From: Balanoglossus misakiensis
Taxonomy: Eukaryota > Animalia > Hemichordata
Length of the DNA: 64,000 bases
Reading direction: 5' to 3'
Assembly: GCA_040954595.2 (NCBI GenBank)
Contig: CM082591.2
Span: 6,346,266-6,410,265, forward strand
Below, in pieces: positions 14,501 to 28,838 of this stretch; position 1 is the first letter of the stretch, and every line of letters starts with the position of its first letter. Both the position numbers and the translations under genes were made by a program. A model generated the notes under the pieces. The model was not told where the DNA came from. It did not search any database and saw only the letters and a program-made list of their open reading frames with translations.

Positions 14501-16879
14501 TTAACTCATTATTTATGTGCATACCTAATTCTGGGCTAACCAAAAGGGCTAGAGATCTGGTTTTTGTTGGACATGGACCACTATGGGTCAAAATTTTCTG
14601 CCCAAATTGTGGGTGACCTCTGGGTGACCTTTGACCTACTTCACACTATATCAACACCAAACATAGATATAAACTTGATATTTCATGGGATAAAACACAG
14701 CATTATGTTTCTACTCATTAATTATGTGCATATCTAATAATCAGATCAGATAATAGAGCTTGGGCCCGGACAATGCTGCTTGCAGCTTTAATTATATTAT
14801 TATTACCACTGGTAACAATAGTACTATTACCACTTGTAATTATATTATTATTACCACTGGTAACTATTACCACTGGTAAATTATTATATTATTATTACCA
14901 CTGGAAACAATCTTATTATTACCAGTTTATCTATTGTCATATTATGACACTTCCCCATACACAGGTCCAACCATGTCACCTTAAACAGTGGGATTGAACC
15001 ATATAGGGAAAATAAAAAGGTTTGTGGCTCTCCTCTCTGATAAGAACCCTCATTTTTTCTTCGTACAGGTGACGAAAAATGGCCGTGCGGAGTCTGTCTA
15101 AAATTTACATCGGGGTATCAACTAGGTGCCTTGGATAGCACAGCAGTGGAAGACCTGGAGCCAGGTCACATGACAGATGTCAGTGTCCACATGGCCAGTC
15201 CGCCTGCCTGTGGCATCTTTCAAGGGCAATGGAGGATGATGACCAGAACTGGGCAGTATTTTGGTGGTGAGTGTTACATGTTCTCTCCAGGAATTCCTCT
15301 GATAGAGTACTTTACAGAACAATATTATTACTTCTTGTGTTGATTTCATGGGCCACATAAGCCCTCTTGTAAACTAACAGGGTTGAACTCAGAAATTTAC
15401 AATCAGAGGTATACATTCACACCTATGCAAATTTAATCATTGTAACTTATAAAGTTACCCATTGTCAACATTGGAAATGTTGAATAGTTCTACAGAAGGT
15501 TAGGGGTGAAGGGTGAAAGTGATTCACAATTTCTCCCTTCCCTTTGTGTATTATTATGATCAACGTACTGAAAACTACTGATCTTGCAAATTGTGTTGAT
15601 TAAAGGGTTGTATTGTCGATGTACATATATCTCTAATTGTTTATTTGTATTATTATTTTATTTTTTTCAGAAATAATTTGGGTGATACTGGAAGTAAAAG
15701 AAGGGGGAATGTTAGGTCTAACTCAACAACTATCGAATCTAGGCAGTGATTTTGTACCTGAACAGCGGCTAATAAATGGAACTTCAAGAAATCCGTTTGG
15801 CACATCACCGCTGCAGAGTCCTGCGAATTCAGTCACACAGTTAGGTGAGTCGAACGATGTGGTACATTCTCGGTTTATTCTTTGCTATCAACTTTGATGG
15901 CAACTTCAACAACGTGGTGCAGACAAAGACTGTGCAGATGAAAAGTCATGAGGCTGATGAGGCACCATACCTGATACATGTTACGTGTCTGGCAGTTCAA
16001 AAAGTATAAACATACTCCGACAAACTTTTACTTGACGGTGTCATGTCATTTACCCGTCACCTGGAAACGACAATGCCATGGGTCACATGGCCAAATCACT
16101 TGATTGATATTAAAGAATTGTGAAGTGACTATTATTGTCACTACCATGGGTCAATTCAAAGTTCATGTATATTTATTGGAGTAAATTCTGTTTGCGCAGG
16201 TAATAGTGAAGCTGTACTTTCAACGAGTACCATGGCAACAGAAAATAACCAAAGTCCCAGTTCGCCAATTAGAACTCCTATATTTGAAGTAAGTCTGTTT
16301 CATTATCATTTGTACCATTTTCAGCTGTCGTTTTTGAGATGTGTCTCACACTAGTAGTCATCGTGGCCTAGTGGCGCAGGCTAAAGGTATACAGTCACCT
16401 CCAATTTACATACGCCCATAGATGGCTGAAATGGCGTATTTGAGCGTTCTAAAGAACACATGGTGGCACATATGGTGCCACCCACTGAAGATCTGTGATT
16501 GGCTGGATCTCACTTTGCCATGGTAACTACAGCCAATTTGCCATAGGTGACCGTATACCTTTTAAAGAGACTCGTGATCGGAAGGGTGTGGGTTCAAGAC
16601 CTGGACATGGTCGTGGATTTTCTATCTGAGGATGGTGAATTCATGGCCACGTTGTTGTGCCGTTTGAGAAAGGCACTTTTCTTCTCATTGTGTCGCCCTA
16701 ATGCCCCCTCTTCATGCAGTTTCAGTTTTCGAATTAACAAAATTTCTTTTTTTTCCCCTTTTCATTGACAGGTGTCGAATTCAGACACAAGCTTTCTTTT
16801 ACAACAGCATCAAATCCAGTTTGGCACAAATCCGAGTGAACAACAACATAACCATGGCAACAAAGGTCCCTTCTCATAG
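11523..16879 (+). CDS. ILRUN: ILRUN (C6orf106) homolog: UBA-like plus NBR1-like FW domain, 6 exons
   Basis: Exons: 11523-11677 (DQELLQQFSSMGTTDKEVLISEFQKLLGNQLNPAGCAFFLDMNNW), 12877-13031 (NLQAAI...QDITIGEGESVPPNTRFIKTWRIRNSG), 15069-15266 (...QGQWRMMT...YFG), 15671-15844 (IWVILEVKEGGMLGLTQQL), 16200-16288 and 16772-16879. The last two exons are less certain. Confidence 0.93.
13315..14789 (+). mobile_element. Non-autonomous Helentron-like (HINE/DINE-1-like) element
   Basis: 5' palindrome acgggcccaagcc...ggcttgggcccgt, 3' subterminal repeat gcttgggcccg, and 3' hairpin gctgcttgcagc before ttt. It has internal tandem duplications and interrupts an attaccactggta minisatellite. Confidence 0.65.
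16385..16560. mobile_element. Kolobok-like MITE, family B (AGGTATAC...GTATACCT)
   Basis: TIR aggtatacagtcacc...ggtgaccgtatacct with TTAA-like flanks. Homologs at 22975-23165 (inverted), 38552-38705 and about 62407-62625. Confidence 0.7.
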
Positions 16880-18125
16880 ACATTGTAGGAAGCACCACAT
16901 TCTGTAGTTCAAGCTAGATTTAGTACTTCATCACAGTAATGGACAATATATTCCTATAAATAGTAGTTATTTCATATATCTAGGGAAAAGTCTTTTCTAT
17001 TTTTTTCTCGCTCTCACAAAGAAGAACCCCTTTCCTACTAATATGGTACTGCTTTAGCTAAGATCAGTGTGTGGGTCATACTATCTTGAGGTAATTGAGG
17101 GGGGGGGGGTTCTTTCAAATTCTGGAATCAAGAAAGTAGTTTTTCCACAATATAGTGCAAAGTCATGGAAATTCTATTTGGCCAGTGTCATTTCCTCTGT
17201 AGGATATTTCTGTAAATTTTTCTGTTTTTAATCATGCCGCCGTATTTGATAAAGCACTATAGAGTAAATATTATAATATATCTGAGGTGATCTGTGTTTG
17301 GGAGTGAAATTTGTGGTCGAAGTTTAACAAGAATTGAATAACTTATCTTCTTGTTGATATTATAACTCTAACAATAATGCAGAAATCTCAGATTATGGCA
17401 GTGTGCTGGACTGGAAGTTTGACAAAAGATTGCATCATGTACGCATTGTCTTCAAGGGACTTGCATTCAGTTTAATCCTATCAACGTCATAGTCAACTTG
17501 TCATTTTTTCACAAGATTAACTTTTTTCCAATTTTTTTCGAAATATTTGATCAAGACCGTCAGGCAATGGAAGAGTATATCCAATTGGTCAAGAATTAGG
17601 GTTAAAATTGGAGAAAAAATATGTGAAAATGATGAAAATGTTGCACCATATTTTGACAAACCAGAAGTTATTATTTACGGAAACACTGCTTTTAAAAACC
17701 AAAATGCTGTTTTAACCGCACAGCATTTGCTTGAAGTATATCATATTTTCAATTTTTAGCTGATGCAGCTTTGAATCAGAGAAAAGCGTTGAAAGAGATT
17801 TCAATCCAAATTCTGTTTGTGTAAGTTGCTGCATTTGCTGTAGAACGGGACATTTGCTTTCACTTCCCCCTTGCATCAGTATGATGTGCAGTAAACGCAC
17901 AGAATGTTATTTGTGTTTTATCTTGAATGACCACTAGTTTCGACCGACAAGTCTTGAAAGTTTTATCTAGGCTATCAGAGTGAAACTTTTGATAGGCCTT
18001 TCCTCAACTTCATAAGCAAACAAGTGGTTGTTGAAGTCTTTGTGTTGTAACATTGATTGCAAAAAAATTTCATAGCTTAACCTCGCTAGGTTGTATATAT
18101 TATAGGGACTCACGGCTTTAAATAA

Positions 18126-18210
18126 CCCTTTCACCACCATGGTTCGGTCCAAACCCATTGTTTTCTACAGGTAGGTTGGACCTGTAAAGAAGGAACTGGG
18201 GGTGATAGGG
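18126..18210. mobile_element. piggyBac-like MITE copy
   Basis: ccctttcacc...ggtgataggg-TTAA, colinear with 9894-9979. Confidence 0.7.
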
Positions 18211-20145
18211 TTAATTGATTGCCTTTTTCATTATTTTCCAGTTGAAAATGATTGTTTTGTACCAGCAAACCATTTGGACAAATGTATGTATGATCACAAC
18301 AACACGATTGTAAAACACTCAACTATGGTATGCAAATGACTTGCAGCAACTTTGGCTCACATGATTTTTGCAGCGGTTCATTGGTCGATGCTCAGTCACA
18401 TGACTTTTCATACTTTTATGTATATTGATTCTTGCAACTCAGTAAGCTTGATCTGTTTAACGTTTTTTTAATGACCATGTATTTAATTTGACTATTCATA
18501 AATTAATTTGAATATTAGAAATTAATTTCAATATTCTAAAAAATGATTTTCACCCTTGTTTACAGAAACAAATACCGAAAAAAAAAAAATGTTTTTTTTG
18601 GCAATCAAAACTATTTGTGCTCTACCAGCAGTGATTGCACGAAAACATTTATTTGGACCCCGGCTGTTGTACCTTTTCAAAAACAAACTAAAAAAACAAA
18701 CAAACAAATAATGATCTTCTTTCCACTGTATCAATCATTGTCCATTTTTCATGCATGCAAGAATGTTCATATCTCACAAACGCTGGTCAGTTTTAGCCCA
18801 ACTAGCCCCAGAAAATACAGCAATGTCTGTATTCATGCAAGTTCAGTAGAAAATTGATAGTTATAGTAGGTAGAAATTCTCCAGAAAGCCACTTCATTAG
18901 AAGGCACTAAATATAACATTCATTGACAATATACATGTACCCAACTCTAAACTCATTAGTTTCTGTACAGCTGACCATCAAAAGCACATGAGAATGAGAC
19001 ATATACAATATGGTGTAAATTACAGAATGGAATATTTTTCTATTCAGTCAAAACAGTGTTTACATGCTTGGTAGGTTTTTTTTTCTCCAAAATTTCATGA
19101 GAAATTATGTGAAGTGTGTGTTTTGATGAATGTTGAGTAATGCTGAATATTTGAGATGTAACATTTTTAATTTATGGTGTGGAAGAAATAGGGGCAAAAA
19201 TGCCGTTACGAATAAACGAAATCTGTGTTGTCTTTTATTTTAGCCTCCATGCGGCACAGAAGTCTAAAAACTGGGTGAATGTATGGTTATGTATGGTACG
19301 CACATGTGGGTAAACCTGGTATACCTACAAATACAAGCAGAACTGGTTCAAACCAGCCAGATCATTGTCCCACCTCGGATATGACAACTGCCTCCCCAAA
19401 GCGCACAAGGACAACAATAATGGACTAAACACTGATGTATTAAAATTGAAAAGAAAACAATACTCTGCTCCCATTCTCTGGAACCAAAGCTTCACTTCCG
19501 TTCCATGATGCTATACGCACCGCATCACGTAGGCCTGAAGAGGCCTAACTCTATTCATTATATAGGCTACTAGCCTAGTCCTAGCCGTACTTTGCTTCCA
19601 AAAAGTTTTAGAAGCAAAGCGGACAAAATACGGCTAGGAATAGGCTACCAGATTGTGTAGATTTGTCTAATTTTTCCCCCACAAGTTGAAAGTCCAGGAA
19701 AAATGAATATCTTGAAATTATCTGCATTCGTATTTATTGTATGCCCATTTCCCAGTCTTTGAACGGAAGTAAAAATGAATCACTTGATAAAAACTTTCTT
19801 TTCTCTCAAATCTTGCAAATTAAATAAAGTTTCTTGTGAAAAACGTGCGAGATGTATCACAGAAACTTTGTTTCATGCATTCTAACAGTTTTCTCGGTTC
19901 CATATGTCTCTGTCAGAAAGTTATTGTGACGAACTTGGCCTTGACCATGATGGGGCGTATCATTAATATCACGGTATCCCCCACGTGCAATCTGCAACGT
20001 AGTAATCCGCTGATGGCGTTTGTCCGTACGTACGTACCACACGACATCATATGACGTCACCACATGATCAGGTGACTTTGTCACATGACCCCGGATGTGA
20101 TTCACAACAAGATCAACTCACTGTTTAGTTGAAGCCCGACAGCTG

Positions 20146-20226
20146 ATGCGAAAGACACGTAGCGTTATATATTACTGTGCGATCGAGACCGTTGCGCCCC
20201 TCAGGTATCAAAACTCTACGCTATGA
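20146..20226 (+). promoter_or_regulatory. 26-codon uORF overlapping the choline kinase start codon
   Basis: ATG at 20146 reads MRKTRSVIYYCAIETVAPLRYQNSTL. Its TGA (20224-20226) overlaps the main ATG (20223-20225) as ATGA. Confidence 0.5.
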
Positions 20227-23200
20227 ACCAAGTCGGCCCGGAGCTAGTGACCAAGGCATACACGTGGTGTCGCCAGTATCTGCGAGGAGCTTGGGCCACT
20301 CTGGAGAAGCATGACTTTCACGTTGAAGTTCTAAGGTTGGTGACTGGTTTCCTGGGCGTGTACCATGTGTGTTGTAGTTGTTGTTTTCATCTATGCACGT
20401 GCGCATTGTTTACGTAACGGTGGGTGTATACTGTTCTCTTGTCCGTGAGTTGGTGGCAGTGAAAATCCACGACGAATCCTTGTTTATTATTGAGTGACTA
20501 TTGCCAAGACCGAATGTTTATGATGTCATGGTCGCCTCCAGCTGCAGTTCAGTAACTCTAGATGTTTTGCCTTGGTTTGTGTGTTTTGCCGTCCAACACA
20601 CAAACCAAGGCAAAACCACGACCTACTGCAGCTAGGTCGATCGCCCAGCTCTCTTATTTATCAATCACCATTGCTGGATTGATAAGGAGTTCTGTATACA
20701 CTAAGCTGTGACTAAGGTGAGCTGTTGCATAATCGTTGTCAATGAGCGCATCAATAGCTAACATGCTTCCCTTAACTTCCCCTTGAAATCAGAAAAGTAC
20801 GCTGACCCTATCATTTAATTGCTAGTATCAGTAGATATTTGCCATGGATTGTACCAGGTCAAAGTCCTTGGATGATTGCTCTTTTCTGTTTGGTAACCTG
20901 CATGTTTTTGTTTTTGTCAGAGATGGGATTGTTTGTATAAAAATGTATTTATCACTTTATCTGATCATCTCATAATTCTCTTCCCCTATGGAAGTACAGT
21001 GTATAGAGGACTGGGCTATTAGGCTTTTTTAGTCCACTTGTGTTGTCTATTTCAAGTTATTCATATCACAACTATTTTATTTTGACTCAGTTCTTGGTAC
21101 AAAGACTGGGACCAAAACAGACCATTTTTAATAGTAACTTACATATAGTAGTCAGCTTTGTAGAGAAAAAAAGTTAGTGGTTTTGATGGACTTTTGATCG
21201 CATGTGCGGTACATAGCAGACACTTTGAGTGTATGAGTGGTTGATTTACTGAAGTTTGCTGTCAAGAATATTAATGATACAAGGCGTGGTGTTATCAGAA
21301 CTTTGAGAGGTAAAACAACATGATGTTTACATCTGGGCAGAGTACTAGCAGATATTATTTGTATATCTGTTTTAAATTGACAATTCTTGACATTTTGCTA
21401 CAGAACAGCTGTCAATCATAATTCTATACATGATTGCCGTCAGGATGCTTTTTTAGCAAGAGTTAAATCAGGAATAATTTTTAATTTGAAACAAAATGGC
21501 GCCATATGTACAAACTACAATTGTTCTAATTTATGTGTATTTAACAAATTTGTGGTCATATGAGAAACGGCAATCTCACGCAACAAGGACCTGGGATAGG
21601 ATTTCTAATGGACTTGGGGGATATTTTGTCTCATAAATATCTCTAACTTGTGTAATAAATCTAATTCCAGGTCTTGCAATGAGAGTATAAGTCTCATTTT
21701 CAGCATTTAAATCAAAGCCAATTCTTATGAACGCTATTTCCATATCACATGATAACAATCATATTACTGAAAATAAGTATATTCCAGAGGTCTGTGATCA
21801 AACCACTCATGGGTGAATTCGTGCACTAAATTTCCCTATGTTGATTTTTTTCTTTTCTCTTCTCCGTTTCCAGTGGCACGGGCTTGAGCAACTACTTGTT
21901 TATTTGCTCCATCCCACACATTGAAACGCCGGACATCAAGTATCCCAACAAGGTCCTGTTGCGTATCCATGGCGAGATCCTTGACAACCCAGAAAGCACG
22001 CTGATCGAGTCGGTCACCTGTGCGCTGCTCGCTGACAGAAAAATCGCTCCAAAGATCTATGGCATCTTCACCGGTGGTCGCATTGAAGAATACATTCCTG
22101 TGAGTATCCAGAAATTGAGACAAGTCACAGTGTTCTCCCCAGGAATTTGGGAAAGCGTGGCAGCAAATTTGTATAACAATATAACCTAGTGTTATGTTAA
22201 TTTAGTTCCATTGTCTTCTCAAAATTAAAGACTGTTGGCCACCATTGCTCTGGGGAGAACATTGAGTCAGTTTTAACTATTCACATATGTACATATGCTT
22301 GCAAAACACTAGGTGTTATTAAATGTATTATTAAAAAAATCGATGTGTGCATTTGACACTTTTGACAGAAATCAAACATATTAGAATCAACCATAAGGAT
22401 AGATGTTGGTTACAAAACTGTATGATTTGTATCAATGTTAATAATTGTTATGTCTTCATATTAACGGGAAATAAACTGTTTTTGTAGTCTTGGCAAATTT
22501 CAATTGCAATTGGTAAACACCTGATCTCTTTCTCTCTATTTCTGTATTAAAATTGATTTGTGTGAAGTTTGATGAGCCAATTTTGTTTGTGTTTGTTGTC
22601 ATTTTACCCATATCTCTGGTACAACAGTTTTTGTTAATTTATGTACATCTAAATGACAATCTCCATTGTTTTTGAAAACTTGACATTGACCAACAAATAT
22701 ATTTATTCAGTGGCCTTGTATGCATACATTTAGAACTACAGATAAATTGCATTCCTCATACGGGCCACTCATCTTACTGTACAGCACCTTGTTGTTGAAA
22801 AGATTCCAAGGTCTATTATCCTGAGTATCAACAACATAGTGGTTCGCATTGTATGCTAATCAGTGGACGTTGTACATTGCTCCAGTAATGCTACAGTACT
22901 TGGCAATAGTAATTTGGGTATGCCAGGTTGAATTCATTGTATTATCTCCTTGCAGAACAGAACCTATTATTTAAAGGTATAAGGTCACCTATGGAAAATT
23001 AGATATAGTTGCCATGGCAAATTGAGATCGAGCCAATCAGAGATTTTCAGTGGGTGGCACACGCGAAAAAAATAGCGTCATCATATGTTCTTTAGAACGC
23101 TTAAATACACAATTTCAGCCATATATGGACGTACCGGTATGTAAATTGGAGGTGACTCTATACCTTTAATGAGTGCGGTTGATGAAATAAAATAATTTTA

Positions 23201-26200
23201 ACGTTGTTCCTGTTCATAGAGTGTTTTTTTAAGTGGTCCTTGGCTCAAAGTTGCTCGTAGGGCCCTAACAATACTTGGACTTTAACCCTGTGGTCTTGTA
23301 CATGTACATGTATGTGGGTCATTGCCCTTTTAATCACTTTGAAGTGAGTTGCTCCGACCAGAATGTAGTTTGGGAAAAAGTATGTCAGTCAAACAGCTGG
23401 ATTCAAGTCACGTAAAAAACAATTGTATTCAAAATTATTGAAGTTATACACTTAAAATGGTGTACACCTACAACTCGAGCAGTTATTGTGATGTTAATGA
23501 AAAATGTGCTGTACTTTAAAAAATTCAGAGGTTATGTTCGACTGTTGAATTCTAAATGCATTACCATAACTTGCCATTAATGTCACCAATGATTGTAGTC
23601 AAGAGTATTTCGTCGTCTTCCAGAATTGTTATCGAGACTGTGTTTGTTTGTGTGTATTTCTTTTCAGTCAAGAAACTTGCTGGTTGAAGAAATTCGGGAG
23701 GTGAATTTCAGCGTGCAGATTGCGAGAAAGATTGCTAATTTCCATACCATGGAGCTGCCATTACAAAAAGAACCTGGATATATACTGGATGCGTGTGTCA
23801 GGTTTGAGAAACTTGTAACTTTTTTGATGCTCGGCATAAATTGTCATGTTGCTAATAGTTGGAAAATAATTAGCATTAATTAGCAACATCTGTGCCATGG
23901 TAACGGTAAAGTTGAGCTCAAGTGACATTTTTTCGTATCGTGTTTCTCTTCAAAGGTGGCTGAGTACAATACTACATGACATGTCCTTCAACAATCCAGT
24001 ACAGGAAGCCAAATTCCAAAAGTTGTTGTCCTTTGGGCTGGATAAGGAACTGGACTATGTTGAGTAAGTATTGAGCAAAAAATGTATACATAGTGAACAT
24101 GTTAAGTCATTTGGTTAATGAAATTGTGTATTACTGTAAGAATTTTGCATTTGATTACTATATGAAATGCTGTGCATGTACAGTTCAGACGACCTTTAAC
24201 CCTTTCACCCCCATTCCATGTACAGAGGTCAAACTTTACCATCAAAAAACAATGGATTTGGACCAAACCATGGTGGTGTAGGGGTAGCAGAACTCTGTTG
24301 GATGTTTTGCATGTCATTCATTGCTTTGAACTTTTTTTGCAGACACGTCATCAATTCGACGCCGTCTCCATCTGTTTTTTGTCACAATGACCTGAACGAA
24401 GGTAATACATGCCATTTTATGTTAGTATTTTGTCTTGATTTAAACTTTAACTATGTCAGTGAACTGCAGTTAGTGTCTGCATTGTTACAGATAAGCGAAG
24501 ATTGTAGGTGTTAGTTACGTAAGTCTTTACAATCTTGAGCAGATACAAAATGCATCAAAACAACAAGATAGATATACATCATACATACATACATACATAC
24601 ATACATACATACATACATACATACATACATACATACATACATACATACATACATACATACATACATACATACATACATACATACATACATACATACATAC
24701 ATACATACATACATACATACATACATACATACATACATACATACATACATACATACATACATACATACATACATACATACATACATACATACATACATAC
24801 ATACATACATACATACATACATACATACATACATACATACATACATACATACATTGTACATAGTATGCATGTCTTGAGGTTGCACTCTTTAGAAAAAATC
24901 ATGCTTGATAGGTCTTATTGGGCTAAAATACATGTATAGAACAAATCTAATGGATACATTTTCAACATTTCTTTGCAGGGAATGTTTTACTGGTAGATGC
25001 AGACTCCAAAGGAAATAATATCATGTTTATTGATTTTGAATATGCCTGCTACAACTACAGGTATGTTTTTATACAATTGGAAGAAGTGGGCATTGGAAGT
25101 CACCATTTTCTGTCTGAACCATCTGAACCATGTATGGTATTCGTCTAAGGCATAGATGGATACCTGTTCTAAATATGACATCGATAACTTCACTATAAGG
25201 GGTGAATGCACTGTGATTTCATGCATATTCTTCCAGAAAGTTACGTTACAGATAATACTGGCCATTTTTTCCCCATATTCTTCCAGAAAGTTATGTTACA
25301 GATAATATTGGCGAATTTTCCCATATTCTTCCAAAAAGTTATGTTACAGATAAAATTTGGCATTATTTCTATACTGTAACAATCTGTGCATGTGTTTCTT
25401 CTGTCTCCCACTCAGAGGTTTTGACATAGCCAATCATTTCTGCGAGTGGACGTTTGACTACACCCACAAAGCAGACCCTTACTACAAGTACAGCCCCGAG
25501 CATTACCCAACCACCGAACAACAGCTGATATTCGTCCGGGAATACCTCAGTCATAATAGTGATGAGTACAACGTGGCAACAGAAAGAAGGAGAAGTACTG
25601 TTGAGTGCGGCATGCTGAGTGAAGTGAAATGGTGAGGGTTTAGATGTTTTGCGTGTTTCTGGACGAGTGAATTTGTGACACCAACTTGTGCAGTTTACTT
25701 TGATTCCAATAGGCCTCCAGTTAAAGGGAAGGAGTCGTCGTGTCACGTTTGTTTATTTATAAACATTACAATTCATCCACAAATCCCAGAAATAAGATAA
25801 TTCTTAGAATGAATGAAGCAGCCAATCGTAGCAAAGACTGGGCATGACAGCGACTGAAGATCCTAGTAGGTCGTGGCGACTGTAGTGAGGTTTGTGCTGG
25901 TATGGGAGGACATATTCTCATCAAAGGGGGACACCCACGCGGCGCGACGACCCCTTCCCTTTAACGGCACAGTATCAGTTTTTTATAATCCTTTCTCCCA
26001 AATGATAGCTTATGCGTATTTTGTGATATTTTCTTATTCAGGTTCACCTTGCCTTGTCACTATTTCTGGGTGTTGTGGTCCATCAGTCAAGCCACAAGGT
26101 CACACCATCAGTTTGGACATTTGGTAAGTTTCCGACCAAATTTTTTTGCTCACACTCCTGGCTTGCTGTGAGTGTGGGATCAGAGTGTAAGAACAAATCG

Positions 26201-26641
26201 ATCCCACACTCTCGCAGAATCGAAAGCTGTATATGATGCGAGCACTGATTGGATGACAAACATCCTTTAACTAACGCACACTAAATGTTATCCAATGGCG
26301 CGATGTGTATTACACAGACAGAAACTACAACGTGCCAGACGACAGTTACACAGTCAATGTTTCCAATACAAATTTTGCCAATTTGTGGCCATGTGAGAAA
26401 TATATTCTCAGACACCAAGGACCGGGGATCATATTCCTCACACTCGTCAGGGATATTTTGTCCCACAGTCAGTCTGAACTATTTCTTGTCCATTGGCATA
26501 TCTCTGATCGCTGTTTTTTTGTCGAAGCAGGACTATGCATTGACAAGGATGAATGCCTACATGAAACTGAAGCAAGAACTTGCAGCAGGAGACTCTGTTC
26601 TGAGGTCTGTCGATCTGGCAAGGCAACCCGTGACATACTGA
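20223..26641 (+). CDS. Choline/ethanolamine kinase (CHKA/CHKB family), 9 exons
   Basis: Exons 20223-20335, 21874-22099, 23668-23801, 23956-24063, 24343-24401, 24979-25060, 25416-25631, 26042-26123, 26531-26641. Motifs: AYTWCRQYLRGAW, GLSNYLF, VLLRIHG, GRIEEYIPSR, Brenner motif FCHNDLNEGNVLL, and choline kinase motif [22 protein letters not shown]. Confidence 0.95.
22975..23165. mobile_element. Kolobok-like MITE, family B, with TTAA TSD
   Basis: TTAA-AGGTATAAGGTCACC...GGTGACTCTATACCT-TTAA. Confidence 0.75.
24200..24284. mobile_element. piggyBac-like MITE copy (inverted)
   Basis: TTAA-CCCTTTCACCCC..., a reverse-complement homolog of 9894-9979. Confidence 0.65.
24581..24853. repeat. (ATAC)n microsatellite
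   Basis: Perfect tetranucleotide run in a choline kinase intron. Confidence 0.98.
25224..25355. repeat. Short tandem repeat, about 3 copies of a ~47 bp unit
   Basis: catattcttccagaaagttatgttacagataa occurs three times. Confidence 0.8.
25725..25960. mobile_element. Kolobok-like MITE, family C
   Basis: TTAA-AGGGAAGGAGTCGTCG...CGACGACCCCTTCCCT-TTAA. Confidence 0.75.
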
Positions 26642-28838
26642 CAACTACATGTAGTCTGACAACGAAGTGTATTATCAGTTTGCAAATATCCTAGCAGAAG
26701 ATAATGGCCGAATTGGAGAAGATGTAATATGGTAATTGCTGCACTCAGGAAACGTGTATTATCTTTATCGAATCATTACAGGTCCAAATCATGACCAATT
26801 CCCCATTCCATGTAATTTCCTTTTAAAAAACGTACCAATTAGGAAGAAAATTACTGATTATACCAAAACGCCTGTAATGATACATGACAATGTGCAATAT
26901 CATGTCGAAAACATCGTCTGTTCACTTTGAATAGGTTCACCATGCCTTCAATTATAGACATGAGATGCCTGTATGCAGAAAAAAGCAAAAAACAAAAAAA
27001 CAAAAACAAAAACAGATCATATTCCAACTCTTGACTACCACAGATATCACCCACCGTCGAATATTCCTATATACCAATATTTCATGCTATATTGAACACA
27101 TCGTTATTTCATATACTGTTTCTTATTTAGATCAGGGTCGACGATATCTGTGATACTTTGAGTCGTATTAATTGCCATAGTGATAGAACCGCATGACTTC
27201 CATATATGGAAAGGTGCTGAGTATCCTGGGAGATACAGCTTCAGATTTACATGTAAATTGCCATGGTAATGGCGAATCACAGGGTAACCATTTTTGTAGT
27301 TCCCACTGCAAGATGTCGGCCATACTGCGTCATTAACATATCATTCTGGACTCCATTCTCACTACCTTGAATAGATTTTTGCTACCTAGGTAAGTGATGA
27401 AAATGGAAAGGGCAGCGAGAGAGAGACTTTGTCCTTTTGACAGATCTAAAAAAACACATAAGGAGAATCAGAGTCTCAGTTTTGGAGGATGTTATCAAGG
27501 CTAGTTAATTCATGTACACAATTTCAACTGAAGATAATTAGTCAGTCTAGTTTGTTTATACATGCAATCTGTGCAATCAGTTAGTGGATAAATTGTTTCC
27601 TAGTACTAACTTCAAGAACTGGCAGAACGCCCTCAAGAATCCAAATTTCCAATCAAGTCCGGCGGCCGTAGTACAATCTTGGTTTTACGTTCCATGACAT
27701 TTGTGTCGAAGAAGTAGTGACAAGAAATGAAAATTATTTCAAACAAACATTCGTCAGTTGTTTTTTTTCTACAATGCAACACAAAAATTGTGGACAACTT
27801 TTTTTTATAACAGAAACAAATTCTGTAATCGGATTCTGACGATTAAGCCAATCACAAATTTTTACTTGAGCCACCCAAAAAGATAGGTCTGTCATATGAT
27901 TATGAGAAGACTCTAATTTCAGATGAACATTTTGTGCATTATATATCACATATCATTAACTTTATTTTCATTTAATTTTCCATCTATGACCACTATTTAA
28001 TGATTCCCTTCAGTTGTTGTGTACTGAACAGGTTTTCTGAAAACTGCCAATGCAGCTCGTTAAGTAATATTAGGGATCGAATATAAAGTACGAGTGAAAA
28101 TTTGCAGTTCAGGAACTATTAAGAAAACATGTCTGAGAAATGGGTGTAAAGTAGACAACTCACTTCAGAGGCAAACATCCTGTACTAATTATGTTGTCAT
28201 GTTACTGCCATATTACCCTTTTATTATGACTATTTAATGCAAATTTGAAACCCTGTGGTACAGAACTTTTTGCATTTTGTTGTTTATCTCAAAACATCTT
28301 TCAGTTGTCTTTGATATTGTTTGTGTTCTTTCCATAAAATCAATTTGGAGAAGCATGACTTTTGTTGGCAATGGAATGCACTTATGTCTCATTTGTGTAG
28401 TTTGAGAGAAATGGCCATATTCTGGTTGCAACCAGTTTATTACTAGTATTTGGCCAATTGCTTAATTGTGTTTACCTGTCATTGTTTGATAATCAGCTGA
28501 GATTTGCACACTGGCAGGCATGTTTATATGAAACAATTTTTGTTTGAATGTGACGTTGTGAAATGCAAAAGAGATATGTACCATTGGGCTTTAAAATCGG
28601 AGACGGCTACTTGTCTTCTATGTAATGCAAACTACAGATACTGGTGCTACATAGGGTTTAGGTTGGGATCAAAAGCCGAAGACAATTCAATAGTGGGGTG
28701 ATAGATTTTTTAAGGGTGCAGTCTTGGGGTGGGAAGGGGGGAGGGGCAATGGGGCAGAGTAGGTGCTTGTTAAATTGTCATCTATCGAATCTTATTTACA
28801 TGTACACTACTGCTAAAAGTGTCATTGCAGTATAGTAC

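Noticed and set aside
24511-24939. ORFs over (ATAC)n
   Set aside because: Microsatellite artefact inside a choline kinase intron.
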